Shown one piece after another: positions 43,958-58,405 of a DNA stretch of 64,000 bases. The DNA is from the human T2T-CHM13v2.0 reference genome, Homo sapiens. A program made the translations under genes and the position numbers. The notes under the pieces are model-generated. The model ran no database searches. It worked only from the letters and a program-made list of their open reading frames with translations, and was not told the origin of the DNA. Numbering within the stretch: the stretch's first letter is position 1; every line of letters starts with the position of its first letter. The stretch lies in assembly GCF_009914755.1 (NCBI RefSeq), contig NC_060928.1, one strand, 5' to 3'.

Positions 43958-44126
43958 AACTAAAGTACGTATTAAATCCCTGGAAAATAAATTTTGTCTT
44001 AACAAGGTAAGTTGTGAAAAGATGTTTTGTCACAGGAAAAAGGAAATCCTCCATTTAAAACCCTCCATGCTGAAATAAAGGAGGAGTCCCATCTTTCAGT
44101 CATTCCACTTCAGGCTTTTGATATAA

Positions 44127-44406
44127 CTAATCTCTTTTCTTCTTCTTTCCTGTTTTGGCAAGCTTTCGGAAACAAAACAGGCAAAATTTTGTGATGATAA
44201 ATATCACAGTTGCCACGCAGGCCAGCAGGAATGCTATCACATCCAAAGAGTGGTACTGGATCCAGGTGAGGTTGTGAGCTGCGACTCGAAGGTGCTTGGC
44301 TCCTTTGTGGCGCATGACAAACTCAATCCAGAAGACTGCTCGATCCAGGGGCTTCATTGGTTGGTCATGATGAATTCTTGATAATTTCATGACATTCTCT
44401 TTATAG
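44127..44406 (-). CDS. UGT2B15: UGT2B15 exon 6, coding part (transmembrane helix, ER-retention tail, stop)
   Basis: 280 nt after a ttcag acceptor: [49 protein letters not shown], stop TAG. The residues ENVM, QPMK and TVIFIITKF distinguish it from UGT2B17. Confidence 0.96.
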
Positions 44407-44744
44407 CTGAAGGATAAATATAAAGATATCAACATTAAAAGTAAATTTATTGCTTAAGCATATCAAGTCTATGGATGGTCTTTGAAAAGTGTCACACAAA
44501 TGATTGAAAGTAAGTGTCACTGAATTGGCATGAAATTTCAATGTTTTAATTCATGTCATTACAGAAAGTTTGGTTTTTAAATTGGAGTTTTATCACTGAC
44601 AAATACCTTTAAAAATGAAAAATGGAATTTTCGGTGGGAAAGTTAATGTTTTCTGGAGCAGAAAATATTATGAGCCATTCTAAGTGCTATAAGTAAGATA
44701 GTGGAAATGGAATTTGAGAATGATCTTTTTGATCTTTTTAATTT

Positions 44745-45043
44745 TTTTTTATTTTTTGAGACAGGCTTTTGCTCCATTACACAGGCTGAGTGCAGTCACA
44801 TGATCATGGCTCAGTTCAGCCTTTCTCTTTCGGTCTCAAGTAATCCTACATCTCAGTCTCATGAGAAGCTAGGACTACAACTGCACACCACCATGCCTGG
44901 CTATATTTTTTTATTTTTTACACTTTTAGATATGAGGTGTTGCTGTAGTGCCCATACTGGTCTGGAACTCCTGTAGTCAAGTCATTCTCCTGCCTCTGCC
45001 TCCCAAAGTGTTGGCCCTACAGACATGAACCACTGTGCCCAGC
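44745..45043 (-). mobile_element. AluJ
   Basis: Diverged Alu with poly(T). Confidence 0.85.
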
Positions 45044-46296
45044 CCATTTTGACGTATTTAAAGAAGAATTGTGACACAACTGGTGAAATGCCTCCTAACT
45101 AGTTTCTCAGCTTCTACTCTAATCTTTTGTCTTCTACCATATTTTCCTTCTAGTAGCCAGAATATTTTCCAAATTAATATCAAATTATGACACTCACCTG
45201 TTAAGATTTCCATCTGGTTTCTTGTTACATTAAGAATAAATTCCAAATCTGTCTTTGGTCTAGAGAACTCTACACAGGCACCTACTTGTCCTAGCCCTTT
45301 CCCCCTGTACACTTTCTTCTAGAGACAATGGCCTTCGGTTTTTCTCTAAACTCCTGAAGGTGTTCTCACCTTAGCCCCTTTACACCTTTTGTTCCCCGTG
45401 TCTCTCTCATTGAGCATTCTTTCTTGCAACTACTTGAGGTTTGCTTCTATTTCTTTTTGAGGCTTCCCCTTGTATGATACCTCTTGGAGAGTCTTTTCCT
45501 GGCCACACTATAGGCACCCATAGGATTTCTCTAGTGCTTCATGCTTACTTTGCTATTTGATTTCTGGAACTTTAAAATATGTTGTATATCTTCTACAGTA
45601 AAACTTCAAGTATGAAATACATAGGATAAATGTATATATACTATGTGACTACCTCAAAATTTTAAGATTATCTTAAACATTATCCCAAAGTGAAGACACC
45701 AATTTATCACAAACTGCATAGAAGAACTCTCTCCTCCTGGGCCATTTTAGTCACTATTTTTATCCTCAAAGTAAGTATTAACCTGATTTCTGATATCATA
45801 GATTAGTATTGTTTATATAATTGAATTAAATAATACATATTCATTTCTGTTTTTGGTTAGCAGTTGTTTAATAGCATTGGTGTAGAGAGTATTCAGTTGA
45901 TTGACAAAGACCACAGATGATCTCTTCATTTTGTGATTAATGGATATTTGTGTTGTTAACATTTTTTGACCTTACTAATAATTATGGTATTAAGATATTT
46001 GTATATTTTATTAGGTTTAAATATTTATTCATTTTTGTTGGATGTATACTTGGAAGAATAGTTGATGAGAGAAAGGCACATTTATAATTAGAATTTTTTG
46101 TTGACTGAATTTTTTAAAAAATATTTTTTATTTTAAAGAATCAGATTGTTTTCAGTTATCGTTTTTGGATGATTTATAATTTATTTCTAGTATGACTAGA
46201 ACATATAATTTTTATGAATTTGAATCTTATACAATTTACTTAGTGTTTATTTATGGCCCAGCATATGATAAATTCAGGTAACTATTTCATATAATC

Positions 46297-46594
<298 letters not shown>

Positions 46595-46839
46595 TCTCCA
46601 TAAACTCTTTTAAAAATGTTTATTTTCTGTCTACACACACACAACCAGAGATATATGTATGGATACATATATACAGATAAATGTGCAATATATATACACA
46701 CACACATATATAACACATAGATTACATTTAATTGTGTACTTCAAATGTTTTATCTCCTTAAATAAAATATTTCAAAGATCACTATTTTGTCTTTTCTTTT
46801 TGGTCTGCTTAAATTTAATGTGAGTGCTGGTAGGTTCAC

Positions 46840-47148
<309 letters not shown>

Positions 47149-47159
47149 CAGTTCAAATT

Positions 47160-49397
47160 TTTTTAAAAAGTTTTATTTTTACTTTAAGTTCCAGTATACA
47201 TGTGCAGAATGTGCAGGTTTGTTACATACGTATATACGTGCCATGGTGGTTTGCAGCACCGATCAACCTGTCATCTAGATTTTAAGCCCCTCATGTATTA
47301 GCTATTTGTCCTGATACTCTCACTCCCCTTCCATCCCCCGGTGTGTGTTGTTCCCCTCCCTGAGTCCATGTATTCTCATTGTTCAACTCCCTCTTATAAG
47401 TGAGAACATGTGGTGTTTGGTTTTCTGTTCCTGTGTTAGTTGCTGCGGATAATGGCTTTGCATTTCATCCGTGTCCCTGCAACAGACATGATCTCATTCC
47501 TTTTTATGGTGCATAGTATTCCATAGTGTACATGTATCATATTTTCTTTATCCAGTCTATCACTGATGAGCATTTGGGTTGGTTCCATATCTTTGATATT
47601 GTAGATAGCGCTGCAATAGACATACATGTGCATGTGTCTTTATAGTAGAATGATTTATATGCCTTTGGGTATATACGAAGTAATGAGATTGCTAGGTCAA
47701 ATGGTGTTTCTGGTTCTAGGTCTTTGAGGAATCACCACACTGTTTTCCATGATGGTTGAACTAACTTACATTCCCGTCAAAAATGTAAAAAGCTTTCCTA
47801 TTTCTCCCCAGCTTCACCAGGATCTGTTGTTTTTTGACTTTTTAATCATCGCCATTCTGACTGGCATGAGATTGTATCTCATTGTGGTTTTGATTTGCAT
47901 TTCTCTAATGATCAGTGATATTGAGCTTTTTTCATAAGTGTGTTGGCTGCATAAATGTCTTTTTTTAAGAAGTGTCTGTTTATATCTTTTGCCCACTTTT
48001 TGATGGTGTTGTTTTTTTTTTTTTTTTTTGTAAATTTGTTTAACTTTCTTGTAGATTCCGGATATTAGACCTTTGTCAGAGGGATAGATTGCAAAAATCT
48101 TCCCTCATTCTGTAGGTTGCCTGTTCCCTCTGACGATAGTTTATTTTGCTGTGCAGAAGCTCTTTAGTTTGATTTGACCCCATTTGTCAATTTTGGCTTT
48201 TGTTGCAATTGCTTTTGGTGTTTGTGTCATGAAATTTTTGCCCATGCCTATGTCCTGAATGATATTGCCTAGGTTTTCTCCTAGAGTTTTTATGGTTTTG
48301 GGTTTTACATTTAAGTCTTTAATCCATCTTGAGTTAATTTTTGTATAAGGTGTAAGGCAGGGGACTAGTTTCCGTTTTCTGCGTATGGCTAGCCGGTTTC
48401 TCCAGCACCATTTATTTAATAGGGAATCCTTTCCCCATTGCTTGTTTTTGTCTGGTTTGTCAAAGATCAGATGGTTGTAGATGTGTGGTGTTTTTCTGAG
48501 GCCTCTGTTCTGTTCCACTGGTCTATATGTCTGTCTTTGTTCCAGTACTATGCTGGTTTGGTTACTGTAAGGTGTAAGGAAGGGATCCAGTTGCAGTTTT
48601 CTCCATATGGCTAGCCAGTTTTTCCAAAACATTTCTTAAATAAGGAATCCTTTCCCCAGTTGCTTGTTTTTGTCAGGTTTGTTAACAATCAGAGGGTTGT
48701 AGATGTGTAGTGTTATTTCTGAGGCCTATGTTCTGTTCCATTGGTCTATATATCTGTTTGGTACCAGTACCATTCTGTTTTGGTTATGTAGCCTTGTAGT
48801 ACAGTTTGAAGTCAGGTAGCATGATGCCTCCAGCTTTGTTCTTTTTGCTTAGGATTGCCTTGGTTATATGGGCTCTTTTTTGGTTCCATATGAAATTTAA
48901 AGTAGTTTTTTTCTAATTCTGTGAGGAATGTCAATGGTAGTTTGATGGGAATAGCTTTGAATATATAAAATACTTTGGGCAGCATGGCCATTTTTACAAT
49001 ATTGATTCTTTTTATCCATGAGGATGGAATGTTTTTCCATTTGTTTGTGTCCTGTCTTAATTCCTTCAGCAGTGGTTTCTAGTCCTCCCTGAAGAGGTCC
49101 TTCACATCCCTTGTTAGGCATATGCCTAGGTATTTTATTCTCTTTGTTGCAATTGTGAATGGGAATTTATTCATGATTTGGCTCTCTGTCAAATCATGTA
49201 CTGTCAGTGTATAGTAATGCTTGTGATTTTTGCATATTGATTTTTGTATCCAGAGGCTTTGCTGAAGTTGCTTATCAGCTTAAGGAATTTTGGAGCTGCG
49301 ACAAAGGGGTTTTCTAACTATAGAATTATGTCATCTGCAAACAGAGACAATTTAACTTCTTCCCTTCCTATTTGAATACCCTTTATTTCTTTCTCTA
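47160..49397 (-). mobile_element. 5'-truncated L1PA8-like element with an internal tandem duplication of about 220 bp
   Basis: L1 3'UTR and ORF2 fragments (48141-48632). Repeated block at 48346-48567 and 48568-48788. Confidence 0.9.
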
Positions 49398-49689
49398 GTT
49401 CACATTTAAATCCAGCATCTTATTCTATATATATATATATTTTAATTTTCTAACCTGTTTTATGTTTCTTTACTTTCTTACTTTTTTTGAAGTATCTTAA
49501 ATCATTTCTTGTCTTACTAATTTTTTGGTAAAGTGTTTTTAATGTATTCCCTTAGCTGGTACCACCTAACCTCATAATAATATTGGTAGGAGTAATAGAC
49601 TCTGAATTGATGGTAGCTGGTCTAGGCACAGCATTTTTCATAGTATTTCCTTTGGATTATGGAAAAGTTAAGTATTACATATTTATTTT

Positions 49690-50680
49690 ATCAACATTGA
49701 AACCTTTGTATTTCAAAAGGCATCTTCCAAAAAGTAAAAAAAAAAAAATCTATCTGTCCATAGTGGAAGAAAATATTTGAAAATCACATATTTGATAAGG
49801 GATTGTATCTATAATATATAAATAATTCTTATGAATCCATAAGATAAATAGAAAAAGACAAAATATTCACAAGATTAAAATAGAAATTTATCTAAGGAAG
49901 ATGTGTGAATGACCAGTAAGCACATGAAAAGAGGGTTAACATCTTCAGCCATAAGGAAATGCAAATGAAAACCATAATGAGAGACCACTTTACACACACT
50001 AGAATGGCTGTAATAGAAAGACAGGTGATAACAAGTGTTGGGAAGAGTGTGAAGAAATTAGAGCCCTCCTATCCAGCTGGTGGTAATGAAAAATGATGCA
50101 AATACTTTGAAAAACAGTTTAGCAGTTCTTCATAAACAACAATTTCCCATATGTCTCAGCAAGTCCACTCCTAGCATCTCCTCAAAAGAAGTAAAAACAT
50201 ATTTTTACACGGAAAATATGTATAACAATGTTCATAAATGCCAAAATTGGAAAGACCTAAAATGTCCATGACCTGATAAATGGGTAATTTTGGTATAAAC
50301 ATATCAAAGAATATTATATAGAAATAAAAATGAATGAGTTCTGATACATCCTACAACATAAATAAAACTAAAACTAATTATGCTAAGTGAAAGAAGTCAT
50401 TTATGAAACACCATAAATTGTATGATTTCATTTATATAAAATATGTGAAGAGAATAATCTATTGAGAAACAAAGTAAGATGGTATTTTTCTAGGACTAGA
50501 GGTTTATTGGGAGTGACTTCATACATTATGAGTTTAATTTGAATTCATTAAAATGTTCTTTAGGGCTGTGGCTTTGTAACTATGTAAACATACTAAATAT
50601 ATTTAGATTTTAAATTTTAGTGAATGTTATGCTATGCAAATTATAATTCATTATCACATTTCTTAAAATAATGATAATAA
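49690..50680 (+). mobile_element. Old L1M (L1MB/MC-like) 3' region
   Basis: Degenerate L1 3' motifs such as GGAAATGCAAATGAAAACC and TATGATTTCATTTATATAAAAT. Confidence 0.7.
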
Positions 50681-51055
50681 AAATAAATTTTTGAGAAAGA
50701 ATAGATTCATACTTTCAGAAATTTTAGGTATTGAATTGAAATATCATATTTCTCTAGTTATGTTCTTTCTTTTCATTGTGCATTCTATCATTAAAAATAT
50801 TTAAAATAATTATCTACATATCTTTAATTTTTTTGATTTTATAATTCATTGCAGTCATTGGTGACCCATTAAATCTGTGGGGTTGAAATGTAACTTTGAA
50901 ATAAACTGTCTGGTGGAAAGTAAGGACAGATTTTACATTGGTTAAATCACTTCAATCCCTTCAAAATTAGTCTCTTAAAAACGGGTTAAAATTCATATTC
51001 ACTGTTGACAAAATAATTTATAAATACCACCTGGTCACAAAACTGTAATACTCAC

Positions 51056-51275
51056 ACAGGGTCATTAATGACTGACTTCAATGCATTGAGCAAATCTCTA
51101 CTTGACATGGTCCTGATGTCCACACTGAGGGCTGCTCCCTTGGCTTTCATGTGAGCAATGTTATCATGTTGATCCGCAAACAAGGGAATGCCCACCATAG
51201 GGATCCCATGGTAGATCGCCTCATAGATGCCATTGGTTCCACCATGAGTTATAAAAGCTTTGGTTTTGGGATGAC
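51056..51275 (-). CDS. UGT2B15: UGT2B15 exon 5 (UGT signature)
   Basis: 220 nt between tttag and gtgag: [42 protein letters not shown]. Confidence 0.96.
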
Positions 51276-52114
51276 CTAAAAGTGGATGCATTTTAACAAA
51301 ATTATTAATTACAAGGTATGAGAATTGAATAAGAAATGCACAATATAAGGAACTTAAAGCAAAACTGTTCCCTAGGTAACATTATACCCACAAAACTGCA
51401 TTGAAATTGTTTTCAAATTTCAGAAGAATTGCCAGGTGAACAAAATGAAAAAGCATATTCTTAATTAAAAAATTAAAATGTGCAAAAAAAAAGAATAAGA
51501 TTGGGTATACAAGAACGTGGTCTTTTAAGTATTATAAATAATGAGGTCACATTTACATATTTAAAAAATATTTAAATACTTAAAATATTTAAAATATTTA
51601 ATTTTTTTTAAAAGGCAGCAGGGAGTAGGGTGGAGGTGGGGCTGAGGAAGGACCGGTTATGCATCATCATGAAATGTGTTATCATTTTATCATGATAAAG
51701 ATTGGTTATTTATTCCCATAAAAAGTAGAGTCACTGGTAATAGAAAAGTGTCCGCTATTTTTCAGTGCCTGTTGAAATAACCCTGCAGTAGGGGAAAGAA
51801 CAGAGGTAAAGCTGCATAAATAGGAGACAGACAGAAAATCCAGGATGTTATTTAAAACCTGTGAGAGGAAATTACACCTGAACAAAGAGATTTTTATTCT
51901 GACCATAAAGAATGTGACTGTATGTAATAAAATGCCAACTACTATAGTGCATTCTTTTTATACTAAGACTGGAAAATAAATATAAAGTAGTTAAATTTGA
52001 TTTGTTTTTTAGTTTTCCAATAATAAATGCTAAATATGTTTGTTTTATGTTGAACTATTATCACTCCAATTTGCTGTTACTAATATATTCACTGTTTGTT
52101 CTCCAGAATCTTAC

Positions 52115-52202
52115 CAAGAAGGTCATTCTGGGGTAACCACTTGTACAGTCGAGTATTGGAACCTAAAGTATTTGGCTTCTTGCCATCAAATCTCCATAGA
52201 AC
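52115..52202 (-). CDS. UGT2B15: UGT2B15 exon 4
   Basis: 88 nt between aacag and gtaag: [29 protein letters not shown]. Phase is consistent with the neighbouring exons. Confidence 0.96.
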
Positions 52203-52460
52203 CTGTTAGGGCAAGGAAAATATCTTGTTCAATGAATAGAACTCTAAAAACATAGCATGTTAGAATTCTGAAGAGATTAATAATCAGTTAGTTAATCCAT
52301 ATAAAAGATGAAGAAATAAGAAGAAGTGATGTCAAGTAATGAGAACTACTAAAAGTTTGAGGTAAGTTGAATACCCACGTTTAATGTCGTTACTTTTATA
52401 ATCAATTTTGTATATAAAGAAATAATGACATTTCTAACATAATAGCTAGACACATGAGAT

Positions 52461-55400
52461 TGTGAAAGGAAAATAAATCTTGGCAACCCAAACTCTATGC
52501 TAAAGGGAAAAGTTAAGCTGCTTAGGGCAAACCTACCTCCCATTCTATTCAAAGTCAGCCCTTGACTCACTGAGATAAATGAATATCAAATTGCCTCATT
52601 TCGAGAGGCTAATCAGAAACTCAAAGGAATTCAGCTATTTGTCTCTCATCTACCTATGACCTGGAAGCCCCTTCCATGCTTCAAGTTGCTCTGCCTTTGT
52701 TTCTAGCTGTCCCCCATTTCTGGACCGAACAAATGTTCATCTTATATATGTTGATTGATGTCTCATGTATCCCTAAAATGTATAAAACCAAACTGTCCCC
52801 CCACCACCTTGGACACATGTCATCAGGACCTCCTGAGGCTGTGTCATGGGTGCACATTTTCAACCTTGGCAAAATAAACTTTCTAAATTATCTGAGAACT
52901 GTCTCATATATTCAGGGTTCATATTTTGGTAACCATGAAGAGATTCTGAGTGGAGGTTCCCTGACCTTTGATAAATGTCCTATCAGTGCTTGGTACCAGC
53001 ATGAGCTAAATTTATGGCTCAAACAAAGAAGACAATTGGCTGAGGTCTGGGAGCAACCCCTCCAGAGAATCTCTGATACCCCAAAATTCAGACAAGATCT
53101 GAAGTTTATTTTGCTGTACAACTCCTTTTTGTTTTTTTTGGAGTTTTACTTGCTTCCTACAAGAAAGGCAAGATTTCCTGTTTCCATGACAATGGAAGGC
53201 AGGTAACTCTATGGAGTTTGAGCTCGCTCCCAGGAGGGAGGATGAATTTGAGGTTTCTTTCCTGATTCTAGGATGGCAGAGGGCAGTTTTGGCCTGAAAC
53301 CCATCCTTAGGTAAACAGCTGAATTGCGGTTTTGTCTTGGTTAATGTTTAACAACTAGCTGGACTTAATTTCTCCTTACCATTACAGTGCTTAGTGATCA
53401 CATTTCTGGGATTTTTTTTTTTTTGTACATTCCAGTATTTCTCCCATCAGATTTGATGAACTTTACCTGACTTGATCAAATCTGAGTGAGAATTCCAAAT
53501 TGTGGGTAACAAAGCCTGTCTAATTTGGCTAAAATTCTTTGCAGACGCAAAAGAGAAAACAAAACAAAACAAAACAAAACCTAAAAACCATGCTCTTGGT
53601 TTCTGTGTTTGCTTCCTGTCTTTAAAAAAACAAATGTTCTTTTGTTTACTTTTCCTCCACCCTATACCTCCTTTTGCCTTTTGCCATTTGCAGTATGAAA
53701 AATCTAGAGAAGGCTTCTAATGACTTGAACTCTTTTAAAGAATTCAGAACAAAGGCACCACTCACCCCTTTAGGGGTGTCTGTTTTCTTTGTGGAGTTCC
53801 AAGAGTTGTGGGCAGATTTTTTTCTCAGTCCAAAGCTCTGTTTTCCTATGTTGAATGACCTGATCTCTTTGGCTTTGAGATTACCACAGATTACCTTGTA
53901 CTGTGAGAGGATTTTACCTTGGCATGTGTAATGGCAGACGAGTTACAAAGTAGGGGGTGGCTGAGTACAGTTTACTGGAAGTAGTATTGACTGTTGCTAT
54001 TTTTTTCCTCCTAGGAAGTTGTTGTTTAAGAATCCTAATTCTAGTTTGGAGATGTGTTGTAAAGGGTCTCCTCTATTGTTTTTATTCCCCAAATTAATCT
54101 CATTTGGCTTGTCTGTGTGGATTTGTGTGAGAAACTGAACTGTGGTTTACATAGGAAAATGAGAGACTGAGTTTTCTCAGCTCCAAAGTGAAAGGGCATC
54201 TGCTCCTCCCAGGCAAAAGGCACCCCTAAGCAACTGGGGGCCTTGTGGGAGTGTCTTGGGGTTGACCCCCTGTGACATGGAGTGGCCCTGCAGGGAAATC
54301 CCCAATAAAAATTAACTTTTAAAAAAAGGCTAGTCCAGGAAACACATATGAGGGCAGATCACCCAGCATTTTGAGCCCTCTCAGAGGTCATACACCTCTG
54401 GAGAGAGAAACTGAGACATGTAAGAGGGTGGAAACAACTCAGTGGTGACACACTGTGGAGTACTGCCCACAAGCAACACACATTGATTCACCACACATAA
54501 ACCCTAGGCCACAGCTCAGTTCCTCCTTTTAGGAAAAAAAGTGGGAAACAAATAATCTAAGAATGATGAGAAAACAAGAAGAATGACCCCCTGATATCAC
54601 TTGGTAGGTTTTATGACACCTCTACTTGGCAGAGTTTATGTAAAATGAAGGTAATACGGTCTTTGTGCACATATACATTAAGAACCCTAGGTTGTCCTGC
54701 AAGCTATAGAGTTCCTAAGTTCTCTCTTTTTAAAAAAAATTCTTTTCTTCTTGCTTTAAATTTGCTTTTATTTTTCTATTAAGATAAAAACCACACTATG
54801 GATTCAACAGGTTTTTGTCTGCAAGCTGGTCAATTTTTTTTATCTCATGGCTAAAGTTCTGAAGTAAAAGCCATAGAATCTTTTGTGTGTGTGTACATGT
54901 GTTTGCATATATTTAAAAGGCCATTATAATTTCTATAATTTTATGTTTAATAGGCAATTGAATCCATTTTATTTTCCTTCCAGCACACCAAATTTTTTGT
55001 CTCTGTACCTTATGATGTAAATTTTGCTATTTAATTTTCACTTGGTTTCTTTTAATATGCAAATGTAAGACTATTTAGCTTACAACTGCCTATGGTGATC
55101 AAGTATTCATACAGATTACCTATTGAAACAGGTTATCAAGAATTTGGAAGTCTAATATGGCAAAATGTAGTTTTCATAAATCTATAAGATGTACTTCTAT
55201 TGGCATGCTTAATGTGTGTATGTATTTATGTGTTTTGTACACAATGTTTTATTACTGAAAATATATAAAAGAGCTCTAATTAATTGGCTTAAGAAAATAA
55301 AAGTGCTTGAATTAAATACTTTGCCAGAAAAAAAAGACTAGTCAAATGCTTTTTCAAGTTTATGTAACTTCAATAAAATCTTTTATAAATAAGATAACTT

Positions 55401-58400
55401 TACAATTATTGCTAAAGTATGATAATATTAGAAATGTCTTAAGAATTTCCAGCATATATTTTTGTTTGCATTTATTAATCAAGCAATTTCATACTTATTG
55501 TTGCCAAATACTTTAAGGTGTCAAAATTTGACATAAGGGTTACAAAACTGTAAACCAAGCCCAAAACAGAATGATCTTTGCTTGTGTAATTTTTTAATAA
55601 ATAAGACATTGATATTGGTTTAATGAAAATAGCCACATCTTGAATTAAGTAAGATTATCATAACTTCTAACCCTGTGGCCTTAAGCAATCTAGTCCACAG
55701 GCAGTAAGGTTTGTTTTGGGAAAAAACTGTTATCATTTTTATTTCAAAGCTAAACCATAAAGGGTGTGAAATGGCAACACTATCCTTCAACTCATTTTCA
55801 ACTCATATAAGTTTTTTTCCTCAAGTTCTGTTTGTTGTGGCATAATGCTAACAGTGCTTTCTAAAAGCTATTCAGCTTCTCAAGGTCCAGGGACTATCAC
55901 AGAAGAGGTGGGTGTGTGAGATTTTAAGAACTGATACTGAGAGATAAGTTAGTTTATTTACAAATTAATCATTAATGTCAAAGACACACTAATGCAAGAC
56001 CAACATATGGGCCCCTGTGTCAGATTAACAAGGTTTTCTGGAAGCATAAACTGACTTCTTAATAAAGATTATAAAGGTTATGAAAGGCTGAGGAAAGTTA
56101 TATCTTATGGTCAAGATTAGAATTTTATAGATTGTTCATAAAATTTTGAAAAACAAAGTTATTTGGCTTCATGCTATTTTATTAGGGCTTATTGTTTGGC
56201 AAATTGAGTCTCCTCTCTCAAAGAATGAAGATTTTTGCCTTTTTTTGAAATCCTTGAGTTACCACATTAGTCAAATGAATGATTTATCTTACCTGTGATA
56301 TTAAGTGTTTTAAACCTTTGATATTTGAGAAATTTTCCAAACAAATTATAAATTATGATTTTTTCTGACCTAAGTAATCCTTTAATTTATTAGTTTCCCT
56401 AACATCCAAAAATGACATAATTTGGTTTATTTTGTATAAAAATTATACAGGAAACATTGTCAAATATGAAATGGTGTTTGGTCTTTTTGAGCTGTATTTA
56501 TATAAGTATGTTATTGTTATGTGTTCCAAAATTATGGGAAACTCCTATAATTCTGATATGACTTAGTGTGTACGTTACCAGTAACAATTATATGTGTTAA
56601 GTTATTGTGTGCCACAGAGGTAACAAATTTCCTTGTCCATTGTGTCTTTGACTGAGTCTGCCCTAAAACTTTTTGTCCTCCACAGACAATTGTTGTCTTA
56701 CTTTGGTCCTCTTTAGAAGGCGATTTTATACTCAGCCATAAAATTCTAACAGGTGCTCTTGAAAAAAAGTTTTTGATAATTTTGGAGATTGTGACATTAG
56801 AATGGAAGAAAAACTTTCAGGACTCATGGAGAACTAAAATGTTCATGAGTATCAAGCAGAACAGGAATTAACTACATGGACTGAAATAATAAAAAACTAA
56901 AGTAATCTTTTAGACTTTGCTTAAAACATTGCTGATCCTTTGTTTTGTTTTTTTTTTCAGAGTGAAGGAATCTTTTTTTTTTTGAGCTATTAACAGCTTT
57001 TAACAATTTAGTATACTCCTATGAAAAAAATTTAGAACATATTTGTTTCCCTCTACCTGATTTTTCAGAATTTGGAAACTATTTGTGAGTATTTTTTACT
57101 TTTGTCAATACAGTTATTTGCATAAGTGCAATAAGAATCTATTTTCATTTTTAACAAAACACAATTGGAGAAACTGGTTATTTTATCAAGGCTTCCACTG
57201 GTATGGTGGGCTTTCCTTTAGGGAATCAAACTTAACTTATGGAGCCAATAAAACCCCTTGGGAAAACTGGCCTCATACCTTCATCTATAAGGTCCCTGTA
57301 CAGGGTTCCTGAACTGTGTTAAGCAAAGAATGTAACTTTCTGACAGGCCCAGGAACCCCAAGTTTATTTTGGAACCCCAAGAGGAGAGGAATTCACCCAA
57401 CTCGTAGGTATTTGATGGTAGAAATCTATGGCTTTCCTCAGCTTTAAAAAAGTCCTATCTGAGATTCTTTCTATAAGACAAAGTTCCATCAAAGCCACTT
57501 TAAAAGCCTATGTAAATAAAAAATTATTCTTCCTCCTCTGTATACAATAATCAGGCCAAGTATAATAAAGCAAATCAGTTGTACCATGGTTTATCTTTAG
57601 TAAAATTGGGAAACTGAAGACAGAAAAATTATGTTTCAAAAATAACAGTATACCTGTTGTTAGATTCTAGTCTTGCCTAATGTTTTTCAACTTTTATTAC
57701 TGTCTACAGTTTGGACTGAATTCTAATTTTTCATGGCGACACGTCTTCAAAATAGTGTCTTCAGGTTTTTTTTCCTCCCTTTCCACCATTTTTCCTAGTT
57801 TGGAGTCACTGTAAACTAAGTCATGCTTTCATAAAGCCCTACAAATTAAGCTAGACAACTTAAACTTCAGAAGAAAATAACAGCAGCCAATTTACATACA
57901 TAATCCACTTTCTTACCTGCCTACTGATTTATGGACTTCAGAGTAATGGGCCTATATTAATTTTCAAGGATTTTTCTTTTGTTTGGTTTTGTTTTTCTCC
58001 CTTTCTCCCTTTATTTTGTCTTCATAGGACATGAGACTTCACAACCTACTAAAAATGAACTTTCCTAATAACTCAGGACCTGCTTAGGAATAAACCTTCC
58101 TTGCCATTAGAGATCAGATGAAAACCTGAGACCAGAGACTCATTTTCTTCTAAAATGCTTTCTCCAAAAGATTTTTTTTAAATGTAAAAGGAAAATAAGC
58201 CTGGGGGCCCCAAAGTCACTAAGCAAATCACTGCCTCCCATTCTATTCAAAGTCACCCCTCTGCTCACTGGGATAAATGCATATCTGATTGCCTCCTTGG
58301 AGAGGCTAATCAGAAAGTCAAAGGAATGCCTCCTCCCTGCTTCAAGTTGGCAAAAATAAACTTTCTAAATGTACTGAGACCTGTATCAGATATTTGGGGT

Positions 58401-58405
58401 TCACA
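52461..58405 (+). mobile_element. Complete MER4A-type ERV1 provirus (5' LTR 52461-52923, non-coding internal region, internally deleted 3' LTR 58183-58405)
   Basis: Two homologous LTRs, a 4-bp TSD AGAT (52457 and 58406), and a PBS TGGTAACCATGAAGAGATTC at 52927. Confidence 0.88.

Noticed and set aside
52676-53206. 176-aa ORF spanning the LTR/internal junction
   Set aside because: It has no gag, pol or env motifs and is probably a chance ORF in MER4 sequence.
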